Source: Paraspadella gotoi (taxonomy: Eukaryota; Animalia; Chaetognatha). Taken from it: 64,000 bases of DNA. A model generated the notes under the pieces. It had not been told where the DNA came from, made no database searches, and was given only the letters and a program-made list of their open reading frames with translations. The position numbers and the translations under genes were made by a program. Position 1 is the stretch's first letter, and every line of letters begins with the position of its first letter. The stretch lies in the NCBI GenBank assembly GCA_051294375.1, contig CM119269.1:19038418-19102417 (forward strand). The letters run 5' to 3'. Shown here piece by piece: positions 36,501 through 50,140 of the stretch.

Positions 36501-39379
36501 GTGCTCATGCCGGGGGGGGGGCGGCGGGAGTCGCTGAACCTTTTTCACCCTCCTCCCGGGTCCACTCTCCATTGCAGCTGAACTCGGTCTCTCGGCGGCG
36601 TTGAGTTCGAATCTCACCGCTGGCCACAACATGAAGGATAGAACTTCATGGATTTCAAACCAGATTTATATCTGAGAATAATAAAGTGACCGGTGAGACA
36701 CACGCAAGGAGTCTAGATTAATTCTGACTGAAAGTCTTGAAACTAAGGAAAGCTAGGTCTATTTATATCATAGAGAAGAGGATCAGAGGCTAAGGTTATT
36801 TTGACAGTTCCATTGATTCTGCAAGCTGATTTGGTCCGATGCCGGTTAAATCTCGACTGAAAAAATCACGAATTCAGTGATTCCGATTCTGCGGCGATCG
36901 CCCGAATTCCTCCGATCGCGATATTCACTTCAAGTGAGGCCGAGTCTCCTCCACTTAAGAACCCCTCTCGGCCAAACTAACTGCTGGCCTCCAAAATTAT
37001 TGAAAAAAAAAAAAGGCCAACTTTGGCTAAATCGATAGTTGTAAAATCGTTAAAAAAAACTTGCTCGATCCCTCATTGCCTTCGAAAGGGAGGTGGAGAT
37101 ACCGTCATCCATGCCCTACGTCCTTCCCTGCAATCGACGACCGCCAACAAGCCCACTCCGCTCTCCAGGCGCAATGCATACCGTTCGTCTTTCGGCGGTC
37201 GTTTGCAGGGTCGCCGGCCCTCACGTGGGTGGCGTCGCGTTTGGGCGGAATACCTCGTCGCTCTCCGCTCCGACCTTCAAACAGCGCCTTGGGGCGGGTA
37301 AAAACGCCCCCCCCGCCCCCGCCGCCCGCCCCCCAAATTTTTTTTGGTAGACCCGCCCCCCCCCCCCCCCTCGGGTGTTCACGCTCGCCTCTTCGTGCCC
37401 ATTTTTTTTTTGTTTTTAGTTTTTTTTTTTTTGTTTTTTTTTTTTTTCCCGTTTTTTTTCGTTTTTCGCTATATTTTTTTTTTTGATTTTTACTTTATTA
37501 CTTTGAATTTTTTTTTTTTTTTTTCCCTCCCGTTTTTAATTTTTTTTCTTTTTTATTTTTGTTTTTAACGCCAACGCCGGCGGGGCGATGGCAGGTCGTA
37601 GAGGTAACGAAGATTGTCTGTCCGATCGATATTCGATGGTTTTGTTCGTTCTTGCTATTTTTCAAGTGTGATTGTACGATGTTGAGATTTGATTGGTTTA
37701 ATCCTGATACAAATCATTTTTTTTTGTTGGATTCTCGAGATGCCATTTGCTATATTTTTTATTTAAAAAATCGGTTTAAAGACATAACTTTATTTAATAA
37801 AATGCTCCTTCGTTCATTTATCCATTTTTTGTTTTTCAAAAGTCTTTTTCATCAGGCCTGGCGACGTCTTTGGGCGTCTCTCTGTGGATCGCGCTCGATC
37901 TATGAACGAATATCCTCCCCGCAGATCGACCCTTATGTCAATCGACGACAAATTGCAGCGCCTGTCGAACCAACCATCAACTTCAACGCCTCCGCGGTGC
38001 CATCGATATGCGGGTGCCATCAGGTCCCTGTTGGACCGGAGCCGGACTAGGAAGAGTAACGAGGGAACTGGTGCTCGCTACCGTGGATCATACGTACATC
38101 AATCCTGTCGGTCTGGTTAGATCGGAAACGGAAAAGGGAGACTAGAGAGAAGGAGGAGAGACAGAATGAGAGGAGAGGAGAGAGAGAGAGAGAGAGGATG
38201 AGAAGAGAGAGAGAGAAGAGCCTTTTTGTCATTTTTGCAAAGAATCTTGGAATCAAATCTATCCTTGTTTTCGTTTAAAACGAAAATATGATTTATTAAT
38301 TATATACACTCCTTTGGGAACATAAATTTCGAAAATTCGCCAACGCACAAGGTACAGGCACCATCTCCCGGGTTCTCGTCGTCCTCATTGAGCGGGGGTT
38401 GGGGGTTATGGTGGGCGGTTCGCATCATCGTCACTCTTGTTTTCCAGGCCGGCGTCGATGGGCGGTCGCCCGGCGCGCATACTCGATTTCTCCCGGCAAT
38501 CGCCCGATTCGTAGCAAAGCCAAGGAGGAAAAATAAAAGTAGATGGTACGAACAAACAAATGAAGAAAAGACAGCGACGTGGAGAATTTTCGCTTTTTTG
38601 ATTTTTTGTAAAAAGATGGATATCAACGTGATGTTTTTCATTATACATATCAGTGTTGTAATGATCTTATAGTTACACTCATATCGTTTTTACCGGGCAA
38701 ACGATTTTAATTGTTTAATAAGATTGTTCTTCTTGAAGACCTTGATGTTTAAACGATAGTTTTGTTATATATATTCCCCATCTCTAGTATTACATTTTTT
38801 TAAACTAATTATAGAAAAAAATCAGTCGACAAAAAGAAAAGAAAACATGGTAAATTTTGTTTTTGGCCAATAATATTGGTGAAACAACTTTTTCCGAAAG
38901 ATGTCGCTTGATTACACAAAGTGACAATTTATATTTTTTAGCCGTAATATCAAATAATTGGGTTTAATTGTTATAAAAAAATATTTTTTCCTTGTGTATC
39001 TACGATACGACTTACGTCGTTATTTATACTTGTATTTGTTTTTCAACATTCTGTCAACACGTACATTGTGAATGAGGGAAGGGAAATTAAGAACTGATCC
39101 AAAAAATCGGATTGAGAGCAAAATTAAACCTTTTCCAATTAAGCTCATTGACTCTAAACAATGAAACTCACCTGTTTTTCAAATAATGATCTGTAGAGAT
39201 TTTTAAAAACAGGTTTAAATTCAGGTTTTGACATTTATCGAAAATATTAAAAAGCTTCAAAAATGTTTAAATCGATCTCGAGTTGAATGAAAAAGTAAGG
39301 CACCCGCCGTCGTAACTGACTCTCTCTCCTCTCTTCTCTCTCCTCCTCTTCTCTCTCTCTCTCTCTCTCTCGTCTCTCT

Positions 39380-39419
<40 letters not shown>

Positions 39420-40350
39420 CTCTCTATTCTAGACTTTCTTCTCTACTGTATCTATCTTATCGGTCTTCTCCCGCCCCTTCTGATTCAAGAGTCGCCAACT
39501 GTTCCTAAAAGCACAAGAATGTTTTTCAGAAAGAGAGAAACCCGATTTGTACTGCAACCCTTGAGGAAGGACGAAAAAAATTGAAGAAAAAAAACCCCTA
39601 AGAACCTCAGTTGACGGCCACAGATGTTTAATCGCGAAACGTTTAAAAACTTTCCTGGTTCTTAAACTTCCGACGAGGTCAGTCACTCCTATTTGATTAT
39701 GAAAATAATAAAAAAAACTGTTTTAAAAATCTGCTTTCGTAATTACGAAAAAATACCGATAATCCCTTATTATAAGGCGATTATTTATTTTTAGATTTTT
39801 CTGACTAAGGCTTACAAGTCATTATTCTTTGGCAACCTCTTTTTTCTTATGAACTAAAGAGAAGTAATATATTGATATGTGTTAGTGACAGAACCGTTCA
39901 ATATAAGCAGTCCGCTGAGCTTCGGATCCAGCTGTGAACACCGAGTTACAGGCGGGTTAAGCGCACCGCGTCCCTCTAGAACTGCTAGGCGACCAACGGG
40001 CTAGAACCCGGACCTTTGGGTTGGGAGGCGAATCGAATTTTGCCTTCGGCAACCAATGGCGCGCTGATGAACGGTTAGTGGATATTTAGTCCACATAATG
40101 ACGATAATTTTTTGTTATCTAAATGATAAGACTTTATTTTAATTTAGAAAATTGTTTTTCTTTAATTTGTTGATTTCTGTCTTGAAGTTTCGGTTTAAAT
40201 TTAATGTTAGAAAAACATGTATTTCTTATACATAATTCATTATTAATCTGTAAAAAATTACAACTTCGATTTCATTCACTGCGATTTCGATTTTAAAAAT
40301 ATTCTTAGTAGAGGTAAACGATTAGATAGTTTCGAAGACAATATGATATT
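28386..40350 (+). other. Assembly artefact: forward pass over ~10530->21514 (A->C until ~36580, then indel-rich raw-read quality)
   Basis: Colinear copies: 29583ff=11742ff, 31430ff=SLC5 exon 1, 32940-33825=TRIM, 36580-37000=18150-18550, 37855-38120 and 38350-38600=last SLC5 exons. 40318-40350 (acgattagatagtttcg..atatgatatt) equals 21484-21514, so the true continuation of 21514 is ~40351. Confidence 0.95.
39855..40097 (-). mobile_element. Solo LTR of the TRIM family (noisy read copy), absent from the equivalent site at ~20920
   Basis: Same LTR sequence as 15466-15700 with indels. The flanks ggcaacctct..ttct(a)atga(a)c | atgacga.. join without an insert at 20901-20930. Confidence 0.85.
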
Positions 40351-40479
40351 TATGAAAATTACATTAATCACGCAAACCGTTCCGTCTGTTCACAACTGTA
40401 TGCCATCCCAGGATTTACGAAAAGGACAACCCCGTCGCTCGTTTTANNNNNNNNNNNNNNNNNNNNNNNNNTTGCCGCA

Positions 40480-42071
40480 ATGCTGCAACGGTCGACGTTC
40501 TACAGTCGCTTTGTTGACGACGGATGCGACGACACCGACGACGACGATGAATTCAACGACGACAGCGTCGACGAAGATGATGTGGGTAAGGATGTGGGTA
40601 AGGATGCGGGCAAAAACGTGGCGAAGCGACGCCCGTTCGCTACTGCCTGATACTCTCGTTTTTNNNNNNNNNNNNNNNNNNNNNNNNNNNNNNNNNNNNN
40701 NNNNNNNNNNNNNNNNNNNNNNNNNNNNNNNNNNNNNNNNNNNNNNNNNNNNNNNNNNNNNNNNNNNNNNNNNNNNNNNNNNNNNNNNNNNNNNNNNNNN
40801 NNNNNNNNNNNNNNNNNNNNNNNNNNNNNNNNNNNNNNNNNNNNNNNNNNNNNNNNNNNNNNNNNNNNNNNNNNNNNNNNNNNNNNNNNNNNNNNNNNNN
40901 NNNNNNNNNNNNNNNNNNNNNNNNNNNNNNNNNNNNNNNNNNNNNNNNNNNNNNNNNNNNNNNNNNNNNNNNNNNNNNNNNNNNNNNNNNNNNNNNNNNN
41001 NNNNNNNNNNACCCTTACGTCAAGGTGGGATCACGAAAGCGCCATTCGATGCTTTTTTTGGGGGGCAGAAAATGTCGGAAAAACGCTCCAGTAACAAAGC
41101 TTTTTCAATCCTTTAATCTGGAGGCCCGAACTCTTAGCTAACACATTAATTTACATAAGTTTTAAGCATTAAATTATATATTAAAATTTTTCAAATAACT
41201 ATTTATATATATTACTATTTTCTTCACCGCCCAGTTCAAAGTGGGCCCTAGAACGGTCTACAAATCGAAGCGGATCGACAAGACGCTGGACGCCTGGTTT
41301 GGGACGAAGGCCCTTTCGTGACCCTGCTCATACCAGGAAATCTGCAGGACGAGGTCGTCAGGAATTCAAAAGTCTACGGACAGCAACTGGGGACTCAAGG
41401 GACGATCTCATTGGGATGACCCTGGATCGATCCCAGGTTGGAAATGATGGAGGAGTAAGGGAGAATGAGTAGTTGAGAGGAAATGATGGTGGATCAAGGA
41501 GAATGGAGTCAGTTGAACAGTGGAAATGATGGTGGAGTCGGGAGAATGATATGTAGTTGAGTAGTAAAATTATGTATGAGTAAGGGAGAATTGTGTAGTT
41601 GAGATGGAAATGGATGGTGGAGTAAGGGAGAATGATGTAGTTGAGATGGAATGGTGTGGAGATGATGGTGAGTAAGGGGAAGAAAATGATGTAGTTGATA
41701 AGGATAATGGTTGAGCTAAGGGAGAATGATGTAGTTGAGATGGGAAATGATGGTGGGAAATGTAAGGAGAAATGATGGTATAGTTGGTATGTGAATAATT
41801 GTAGAAACAAGAGTACATTTTTTTTCTTTATTAAGCACAACTTTTTTTTTTTTCAATTAAGGCTAAGGTTGACAAACTGGATAAAGAAAGCACAGTAGAC
41901 GATTTGTGAAATTGCAATTTTTTAGAATTTTAAAACTTTTTAAGAAATTTTTAGAATTTTTTTCGTCTATTTTATTGCAAGATTTGACGGAACAAAAGTT
42001 TACCCAAGTCATTTCATAGAGTAAAACAAAATAATGTTGCCTTCTTTGGTTTGAAGTTCCTATTATTTTGG

Positions 42072-42123
<52 letters not shown>

Positions 42124-45100
42124 CTCTCTCTCTCTCTCTATCCTCCTCTATCAGCACTTCTCCTCTCACCAGTAAAACTGGAAGATTGGACAAACGGCGC
42201 GACTTAGTTTAAGGTTGGAGCCAGAATCTTCGTCGCCGTCGGATGAAGCGGATGAAGCGGACGAGAAGTTGGGGGAAGTTGTGCTCGATGTTGGACTGGA
42301 GAAAAGTGGAGGGGGAGGAGGATGAGGAGAAGTGATTGGAAGAAACGGAGAAGAAGTCAGTGTTACAGGTGAGTCAAGACCTAAAATCATTGGATTTTAA
42401 AACGAAATACGTGGAGCTCTAAAACCACAAAGCCTGTCCAAAGTCAGGGGCAAGATAGCTTATTTATTAAATAATGAAATGGATAATTTTTATATTGGTT
42501 GTACCAATTTCATATATCATTATATAATAATGTTTTGTATATATGTATATTGTATATAAAGTTATTTTTAACTAAAGATTAGTTATAAAAAATTTAAGAT
42601 GTGAAATATATTACGAAGAAATTTGAATTTTTTTGGATCCAGTTCCCTGGTTCCGTTGCCATCCGCTTCCGTCCGGCGCCGGCGCCGACGATGACGCCGA
42701 AACTCCAGCCTCCCGGCGACAAACGTCTCCGTCGATGGAAAGAAACGACGCCGGCCTCAGGCTTCGATTGACGCCGATGCCGGTCGCGTTGACGACCGAG
42801 ACGGTGACGCCGCCGCCGTCTCCGACGATACAAACAACAACGACGACGACGCCGCATCTCGTGACGGTCGTCCTTCGCGAAGGCGACAATTTGCCGGCGA
42901 TGGACGCCGACGGAGGATCAGATCCTTACGTTAAAGTGAGAGCATTTTGTTTTGCTTTTTATTTATTTATTTATTTATTACTTTAATTTAGATTTATTTT
43001 AATTTAAAATTATCAATCTCTTTCCTCTAATTCTCCACGCTCCAACTGCAGCTCCGCCTCGGTCGTCAAAAGCGCAAGAGCAAAGTGAAGCCATCGACGC
43101 TTCACCCTCGTTGGTTCCAGACTTTCGAGTTCCGCGTGGATTCCATCTCTCGATCTCCGCCGCTCCAGTTGGAAGTGATGGACCGGAACCTTGGGTCACG
43201 GGACGACCGCATCGGCGGAGCGGAGGTAGCGGTGGCGGCGTTGGAGGCGGAGAAGACCCACCACTTGACGGTGAGAGAGTTGGTGGCGGTTGAGGGGAAG
43301 ATTTAAGAAGATGATCATTCAAATAAAGATAGAGAGAAAAAAATAAGGGAAGGAGAAATAGAAATAGAGAAATAGCGAGAGAAAGAGAGAAAAAGAACGT
43401 TTGAAACTTAATCTTACTTCATCTCTCCAACTTTATTTATCCTAATTCTTGATTTAGTACAATTGTTGACACTTGCCGGCCCGCCTATCGTGGTATTTCA
43501 TGGCTTCTCATTTCCATACCCTCTTTCCACCATCAAGCTATCTCTCGGCGACGCCGACCGCGGAAGACTCAAACTCTCCGTGACCCTCACTCGCCTCTCG
43601 ACCGACCACGACGACGACGTCGACGCCCTGGATGACCGGTTCCGACTCGCGCGGACGCTGGAGCACCCGCTCGAGGTCGGCCTGCTGCGACTGAGAGTGC
43701 TTCAGGCGTCGGGACTCCGGCCTGCAGATTTCAACGGCAGCAGCGACCCTTTCGTCGTGGTGCGCCTCGTTAACACGCGGTTGCAGACTCACACTCTTTA
43801 TAAGGCGAGAATTGATTGAGCGAGGATAGATGGATTGATAGAGAGAGAGCAATGGGCAAATAATAAAGAATTTTACCACAGTCTGAACATAGATTTATAT
43901 TTCCAGACTGTGGAACCAAACTGGAACAAAACCTTTCTCATTCCCGTCAGTGACGTGTCCAGCGTTCTGGAAGTAAGTTCTAACTCAGAGATGCCGTCCT
44001 TACCTTGCTTATCTCGCCTCACTTTGATTTACGTATACAGATTCGCGTCTTTGACGAAAACCGAAATCGGGCGCCGGAATTTCTCGGCGCCGTTGATTTG
44101 CCGCTGCTCGGCGGCGCCCAAAGCGGGCGGCGCTGGTTCCAGTTAAGAGACGAGAAGTTGAAGGGAAATGTCAAAGTGAGTGAAAAAAGAAAGAGAACAG
44201 GAAATGAGGAAAATATCTTTTAAAAATATAATGATAATTAAAGGAAGAAAGAAACGAGAATGAGGAATTTTGAAGTGGCGCTTCAAGTTTTAAAAGAATT
44301 TGGTTCAAAACGTTTTATTCATCAAAAAATAATTTTTGTTAAAGGGAAGCATTGAGTTGGAGACGCATCTCGCCTTCAACTGGATTCGCGCGGGATATCG
44401 ACTTTTGCAGCCGAAAGAGGAGATACACCGGAAGAAGAAGCCTGTCAAAGGTGAGGCTTAGAGGAATGATGTAATATTACTAGGGATAAAAGCTGAGGTA
44501 TTTATGTTCTTATGTTATCTAAAAGCGTAAAGGCGACTTAGTACCTATTTTTCTATCGAGGAGACCCCAGATAATATTTTCTTTTTTGAATTTAATAAAT
44601 ACAATTTTTTATTAAGGCAATTAATAACTATTTAACTGCGAAACGATCAAGACAAGTTTGTTCTTCAATAACACGAAAACGGAAACGAAAACCTTCCAAT
44701 GACAATAATTTGAGAGCGAAAGAGACATGAGAAGCAGACATATTTTATACTTGCGGCTCTCAATTCAGTTTAGTATCATTGAATTTTATTTATGCTTAGT
44801 TAAATTTTTGATGCATTTGCTTTTGATGACTATCAGGAAATTCAATTTTTTTTTACCCATGAATTATCGCGAAAACGAGGTTATAAAATGGCATTCAATA
44901 AGCAGGATAATATAATTTTCCTAAAAAAATAAATTATGACGAACTAGGGACAGCATGCAAAAAAAGCGATTAAAAACCGATTCTATTCTTCCTGCATCAG
45001 CCAACGTAAAACTACTCCGCCGCAACTACGATCGCGCATGCGCAGCCCTCGACCGCGCATCGTTCGTCGCCCGCGTCGCCAATGACGTCCTCGCCTGGCA

Positions 45101-46099
45101 ATCGCCCTTTCTCTCGATCGTCGCGTTATCGTCTTCGTCGTCGTCGTCGTCGGCTTCGACTTTTGGTGGATTCCGTTGTCAGCGGCGGTGGCGCTGATCG
45201 CCGGCGGGTGGCGGAGGGGTGGGGGAAGGATGAGGAGAAGGTGGAGGAGGCGAGAGGAAGGAGAAGTAGGGATGAGGAGGAAGGAAGAAAGGGGGAGGGG
45301 AAAAAAGGGATGGCGGATCAAACGCAGGTTCAACTTGATGAATGAATTTTATGAATGAATGAATTAAAAAGAAATAAGAGGGAAAGAGCTAAACTGCTGG
45401 AGAGAGAGAGAGGAGAGAGAGAGGAGAGAGAGAAGGAGAGAATGGAGAAGACGAGATGACGAGAGAGGAGAGGGAGAGAGAGAGAGAGAATTAGAAAGAG
45501 AGAGTAAAAAACGGACAAGCAATTACTACCTATTCCAGCTGCTGATGGATCTTGCTATGCAAATGCAAGTTCTCAGCGATTTGGCGGCGGCATTCACAGA
45601 ACGGGTCAGGAACCTATTTAACTGGACGACGCCGTTTCTGTCGGCGTTTGCGTTAGCGGCTTCCGTAGCGGGCGTCCTTGTCGTTTACATTGTTCCCGCC
45701 AGATGGCTGGTCCTTCTCCTTGGTTTGCACATGGTCAGTGATTTCTCATGAGAGAAACAAAATAACAAGTACATACTTTTAACAAATTGACAAAAAAATA
45801 TTACACAATAAGTCAAATGCTTACAGTGGAATATATATTTCTATTTCAGTTTTAAATGGCTCTCTTTCTCATCTTTCTCCAGGAGATTTGATATCTCTAC
45901 ACTACATACGTCTTTTTATAATTATATTATATCTTAATTCCGCCAGATGACGAAAAAATTCCGCGACCGCCATCCTCTGGAGCAGCACACCCTGTTGGAC
46001 TTTTTGGCGAGGGTCCCGTCGAACGAGGAGCGAGAGAGTCGTCGTCGTCTTCCTCCCGCGCGGCGATCGAGGTCCGCGTCGCGGCGAAGTCGGACATGA
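40480..46099 (+). CDS. MCTP: Multiple C2 and transmembrane domain-containing protein (MCTP-like), multi-exon, with indel errors and part hidden in an N gap
   Basis: Exons: possible first 40480-40585; ..PYVK ending 41024; 41235-41436 (FKVGPRTVYKSKRIDKTL.., C2A, frameshifted); 42173-42368; 42643-42935 (VTVVLREGDNLPAMDADGGSDPYVK); 43052-43270 (LRLGRQKRKSKVKPSTLHPRWFQTFEF..DDRIG); 43538-43804 (LRVLQASGLRPADFNGSSDPFVVVRLVNTRLQTHTLYK); 43907-43972; 44041-44175; 44345-44450; 45001-~45327; 45539-45733 (ERVRNLFNWTTPFLS + TM); 45947-46099 (LLDFLARVPS..*). Three C2 domains plus a PRT_C-type membrane C-terminus is the MCTP architecture. Confidence 0.9.
41440..41785. repeat. Intronic minisatellite, ~38-40 bp unit
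   Basis: The unit gatggtggagtaagggagaatgatgtagttgagatggaaat is repeated ~9 times with variants. Confidence 0.8.
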
Positions 46100-46726
46100 A
46101 CTTTATTTTATTGACTGTTATATTATTGGCACTTTTTGTGTTGTTGGCATTATATTCTCTGATCTTTCTTTGTCTCTGTTTTTTTCCTTGACTTCGGCGT
46201 TAGATATTAAGATCTTGTGGAAGACGAAAATAATAATAATAAAAGTGAGGAGAAGGTGAAGAATTGTGACGAAGTAAGAGAAGTAGTTTGCTATTTATGA
46301 CAAATCAATTAAATAAGTCATTTGTTTTTTCCTCCCAAATTTTTATTTGTATGAATGAGTGACAAGATGTGACAAAATTTTGTTCCACTATATTTACATG
46401 CGTCATTGGATAATGTACATATTCATTTACAAAGCTGAGCACATAAAAATTGAATTGAAAAAAGAAAATGGTTGCAAAATTAAAATATTAAATTAACCAG
46501 TTAAAGAAATTTAGCTCTCCTTTTAAAAGCAGGGACTTTTTCAATTAGTGTACCAAAGAACAAGGCAAAAACGAAAATAGATTTGTATGTGTGCTGAACG
46601 GATTATTAACTACGTGTAAGCAATGTTAACTTGGTGCGTGCGCATACCGAATTACCTATTCGCCAAACGTTTTCAAACCCGTTTGTATTTAGAAGTGATT
46701 TTGAATTTAAATCAGTTATATTAAGT

Positions 46727-48958
46727 CTAGACATAATGAACCAAGTACCCTTTATCAGTCAACCTCTCCATTTCCATCTCGCAATCGTCCTCATTCATAA
46801 ATTCTACAATAACAGCTTCCCTCTGTTTAAAACTCCATTGTCTTTCTTTTTTAAATTTTTTGAGGAATTTCTTCGTGTCTTCGTCAACGATCGTCCATCC
46901 GTGGGCTTTGACCCACGTTGTGTTTCCGCGACGCCTTTTCCACAGACAGAATTTGCGGCGTCGCTCCGTCGGCGGCGGCGCGAGGTTATATATCTCGAGG
47001 AACGACGTCGCCTTCTCCACATCTTCGGCGCAAGCGAAGAGCAACAGCCCGGTGGGGTTGGGTGCGCCGTCTTCTTTTTCATAAGAAATACAATTGGCGA
47101 AAAGAGTGACGCTCCTTTCATAGCGGAATTTATCCAGGATCTCGGGAAACTGGCCGCCTTTAAGGTTCCTCACCAAAATTACTGGGGGAGGAGGACCGAG
47201 AAGTGAAGGAGTCTCCTTGATATGAGCAGAACTAAATTCGAGTTCAGGTGGTCGCGACTGATTGCCAAAGGAATCTCGTCCATGAGGACCCGAATAACTT
47301 TTTTCCGTCTTAAACACCTTTGATTCAGATTTAATTTGAACTGGTAGTGATTCGGGTCGATTATTTTTCTCGAATGGCTTGATATTGAATGGGTTGCCTT
47401 CAGAGCCATTTTCAAGGTCGAGTCGATATGAATCGGCGTCGTTTTCATTTTTAATAAAATATTTATCCGACGGAAAGGAGGAAGATCTGGCAGGATAATA
47501 TGAGCCTGATTTTGACGATTTCAAAATTGACTTTGTATTTATGTCATCTAAGGCGGTGATGTTAGAATCACCGACTTCATTCATTTCATATCTTTCGCGA
47601 AAGTCACTGGCGCTGTTTCTCCGACCACTGCTTCCACCATTAATTCCAGCTCCGCCGCGGACTTTACATTTACCTTTAAGTAAATACTTATCATTGTGTT
47701 TCTCAGCTTCTCTTTCGTCTCGACCATTTAAACGCCGCCCTTCCTTGGCTTTCTTTGCTCTTGCGCTGACTTCTCTATCGAATCGACACTTTTTCTCGGT
47801 ACTATTTTTAGCTCTATCATCGATGTTGACCCAACCTTGCGAAGGCTGTTTATCTTCGACTTTATGAGTACTTCTTCGGACCTTATTACTTTTACTAATA
47901 CCGCTGCATTTTCCAAATTCTGATGTGGAATCAATATGGACACAAGGAACGCCCCCTCTCCACCCAGATTTTGTCTCGTCGCGAACGTAATGTTTATCCT
48001 TGAACTTGTTTGTCCCTTCTTTCTGGGACAAGGAGTTAAAGACATTGTCTAAGATCCCTGGCTCGATATTATTGTTGTTGTTGTTTACGTCGTCATTTGT
48101 GATCAAGGATTTCAGGATGGAACCGGTGAGTTTGTGAAGTCTTTCTTCCGCCGATAATCTAGATTGTCTGTGGGGTTATGGGACCAGGGACAAGAGTAAA
48201 CGTTTAGCAAATTTAAACAAGTTTAAGAATGAGAAGGAACATATATTTTTAGCCCAACTCGCAGTAATTTAAAATTGCATTTTTGTCATAGTAAATTACG
48301 AACGTTTCACTTATCCTGACTAAAAAAAACTCTATGCAAATTTTTTCTGCCAAAACAAAAAAAATTACAGAAATGTTTCACCGGCATTTTTCACAGGCGT
48401 ACAAAGACAGACGAGCATTTTCCATCCTCAGCACTTCGAAGGATCTTCCACAGTTGGTACACTGGGTTAAATTTCTTATGCATTCGCGCCAATCTGAAAA
48501 TTTTTATTTTTTTATTTTAAATGTCTTTATTTCAACAATATAAAGATAATATATAGTACCTTAATCTATATATAAATAGTAATAAATAGTAATGTAATTA
48601 ATACACTCGGTAAATGTATAAATATATACATAAAAACTACTAACTACTATAAGTTTTCTACACTTTTTCCAGTTAAAATCATTTTCCAACGATTTAATAC
48701 ATATTCTGAGCAATTTTTTTTTCTTCGTTTTTTAAAATTTATTTATAATTATATTCCTTATTTGTCATGTATATCCTCTTCTTTTTTTAATTTTAACTAT
48801 GACAAACCTCTGTTCTGTTTAGGACACGAATTACGCTCGAGTGTTTTTTCTCGAGATAACACGTCTTTTGCGCGAGACGTTTTGCCACAATTCGAGCAAC
48901 AGCTCAACCCGAGCTTTGGAGAATCCCAAATTTCAGTACACTTCTTTATTTTTTCCAT
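46727..48958 (-). CDS. Unknown protein A (~567 aa): Cys-rich N-terminus, low-complexity linker, C-terminal RRM-like region
   Basis: Exons 48958-48808, 48493-48382 and 48167-46727 with GT-AG introns. 1704 nt in total, in frame. N-terminus MEKIKKCTEIWDSPKLGLSCCSNCGKTSR..SCP..CTNCGRSF..LYACEKCR. C-terminus VILVRNLKGG..GLLLFACAEDVEKA..AVIVEFMNEDDCE..VHYV. Confidence 0.8.
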
Positions 48959-49002
48959 TTCGAGGGGACTCGGAACTGAAAAAAAAATTGGACCTAATTA
49001 AA

Positions 49003-49716
49003 TTAGAGTAATTTTGGGTTCAAATGAGGAAAAAGATTTAAGTAAATGTGACTTATGTTTTTCATCTTGAATCGTTTTTTAAACTTGAATCATTTTTTTC
49101 AATTTAATTAATTAATTAATTAATTAATTAAAAAAATTATTCGGAATCATAAATAATAAAAATTCAAGTCAACTTGACATTGGTTTTTTCAATGAAAACA
49201 AACTTACACTCTCACGATTCCATCGAAACTTTAAATCCAGCTTCATCACACACTTTTCTACCCACACACAAAATTTCATCTCTATCTATCCATCCAATTA
49301 TGATTAATTAGAGTAATTTTGGGTTCAAATGAGGAAAAACATTTAAATAAATGTGACTTTTTGTGTTTTTTCCATTTAAACTCATTTCCACTCGCACGTT
49401 TCCATCGAAACTTATCCCAAGCTCAATTCACACACTTTCCTATCCACACACAAAATTTCATTCCACTCCATTAATCCAATCACGAGTAACTGTAGTTTTT
49501 TTGCTAGGGACGGACGGACGGACGGACGGACGGACGGACGGACGGAAGGACGGAAGGACGGAAGGACGGACGGACGGACGGACGGACAGACGGACGGACG
49601 GAAGGACATTTTTTTGGCGTAATTTATCATAATTTGATGTTCTGACATAATTTAAGTGATTTCCCGACAAGACTAAGGGGCGGACCGACGGACCGACAAA
49701 GTGAATTATAGAGTTA
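49003..49716 (+). mobile_element. Probable Helentron/DINE-1(HINE)-like non-autonomous element remnant
   Basis: Internal duplication ttagagtaattttgggttcaaatgaggaaaaa (49003, 49309), repeated cacact..cacacacaaaatttcat core, (GGAC)n tract 49508-49607, and a terminal ggaccgacggaccgacaaagtgaattatagagt. Core repeats plus a tetranucleotide microsatellite is the DINE/HINE layout. Family assignment is an inference. Confidence 0.45.
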
Positions 49717-50093
49717 TTATAGAATTATATACCGATTAAAAAAATAGAATATTTCATTACGCAATAAAATACTAGTATGACGCAATGTTGTTTGTTTACT
49801 TAAAGACAGGGAGCCGCAGCGGACATCTAAACCAGAATTTTTGACTGAAAAATTGAAAATTGAAAAACAAAAGAGCTAAAACAATATCGATCTAAGTATA
49901 CAACTCGGATTTAGGAGTCAAAAAAGTTAGTGTTGCAATAGAAAATATTTAAATAATTCATGAAGTATTATTTTAGTTATTTATTTTCAATCGTTTTTGG
50001 GTCAGTTATTTTATATTTAAGATGAAAAAAAAAGAACGAAAATGCTGTGGGTCTATGAAGAGAGGGCGTGAAAAAAGAGCGAATTTTCGTAAG

Positions 50094-50140
<47 letters not shown>

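Noticed and set aside
21515-36580. Biological A-to-C hypermutation or a true genomic inverted duplication
   Set aside because: The bias follows the read strand across the fold-back, and the turn is occupied by a SMRTbell adapter sequence.
21388-36632. Very long Pro/Arg/Leu/Ser-rich ORFs (up to 2158 aa) suggesting a GC-rich horizontally acquired island or virus
   Set aside because: All stop codons need A and this block is A-depleted by miscalling. The sequence maps back to 10530-18150.
36580-38650. Second, pseudogenised SLC5 paralog
   Set aside because: It is colinear with 18150-19830 including introns and differs by scattered indels typical of a raw read. It is contiguous with the adapter-containing read.
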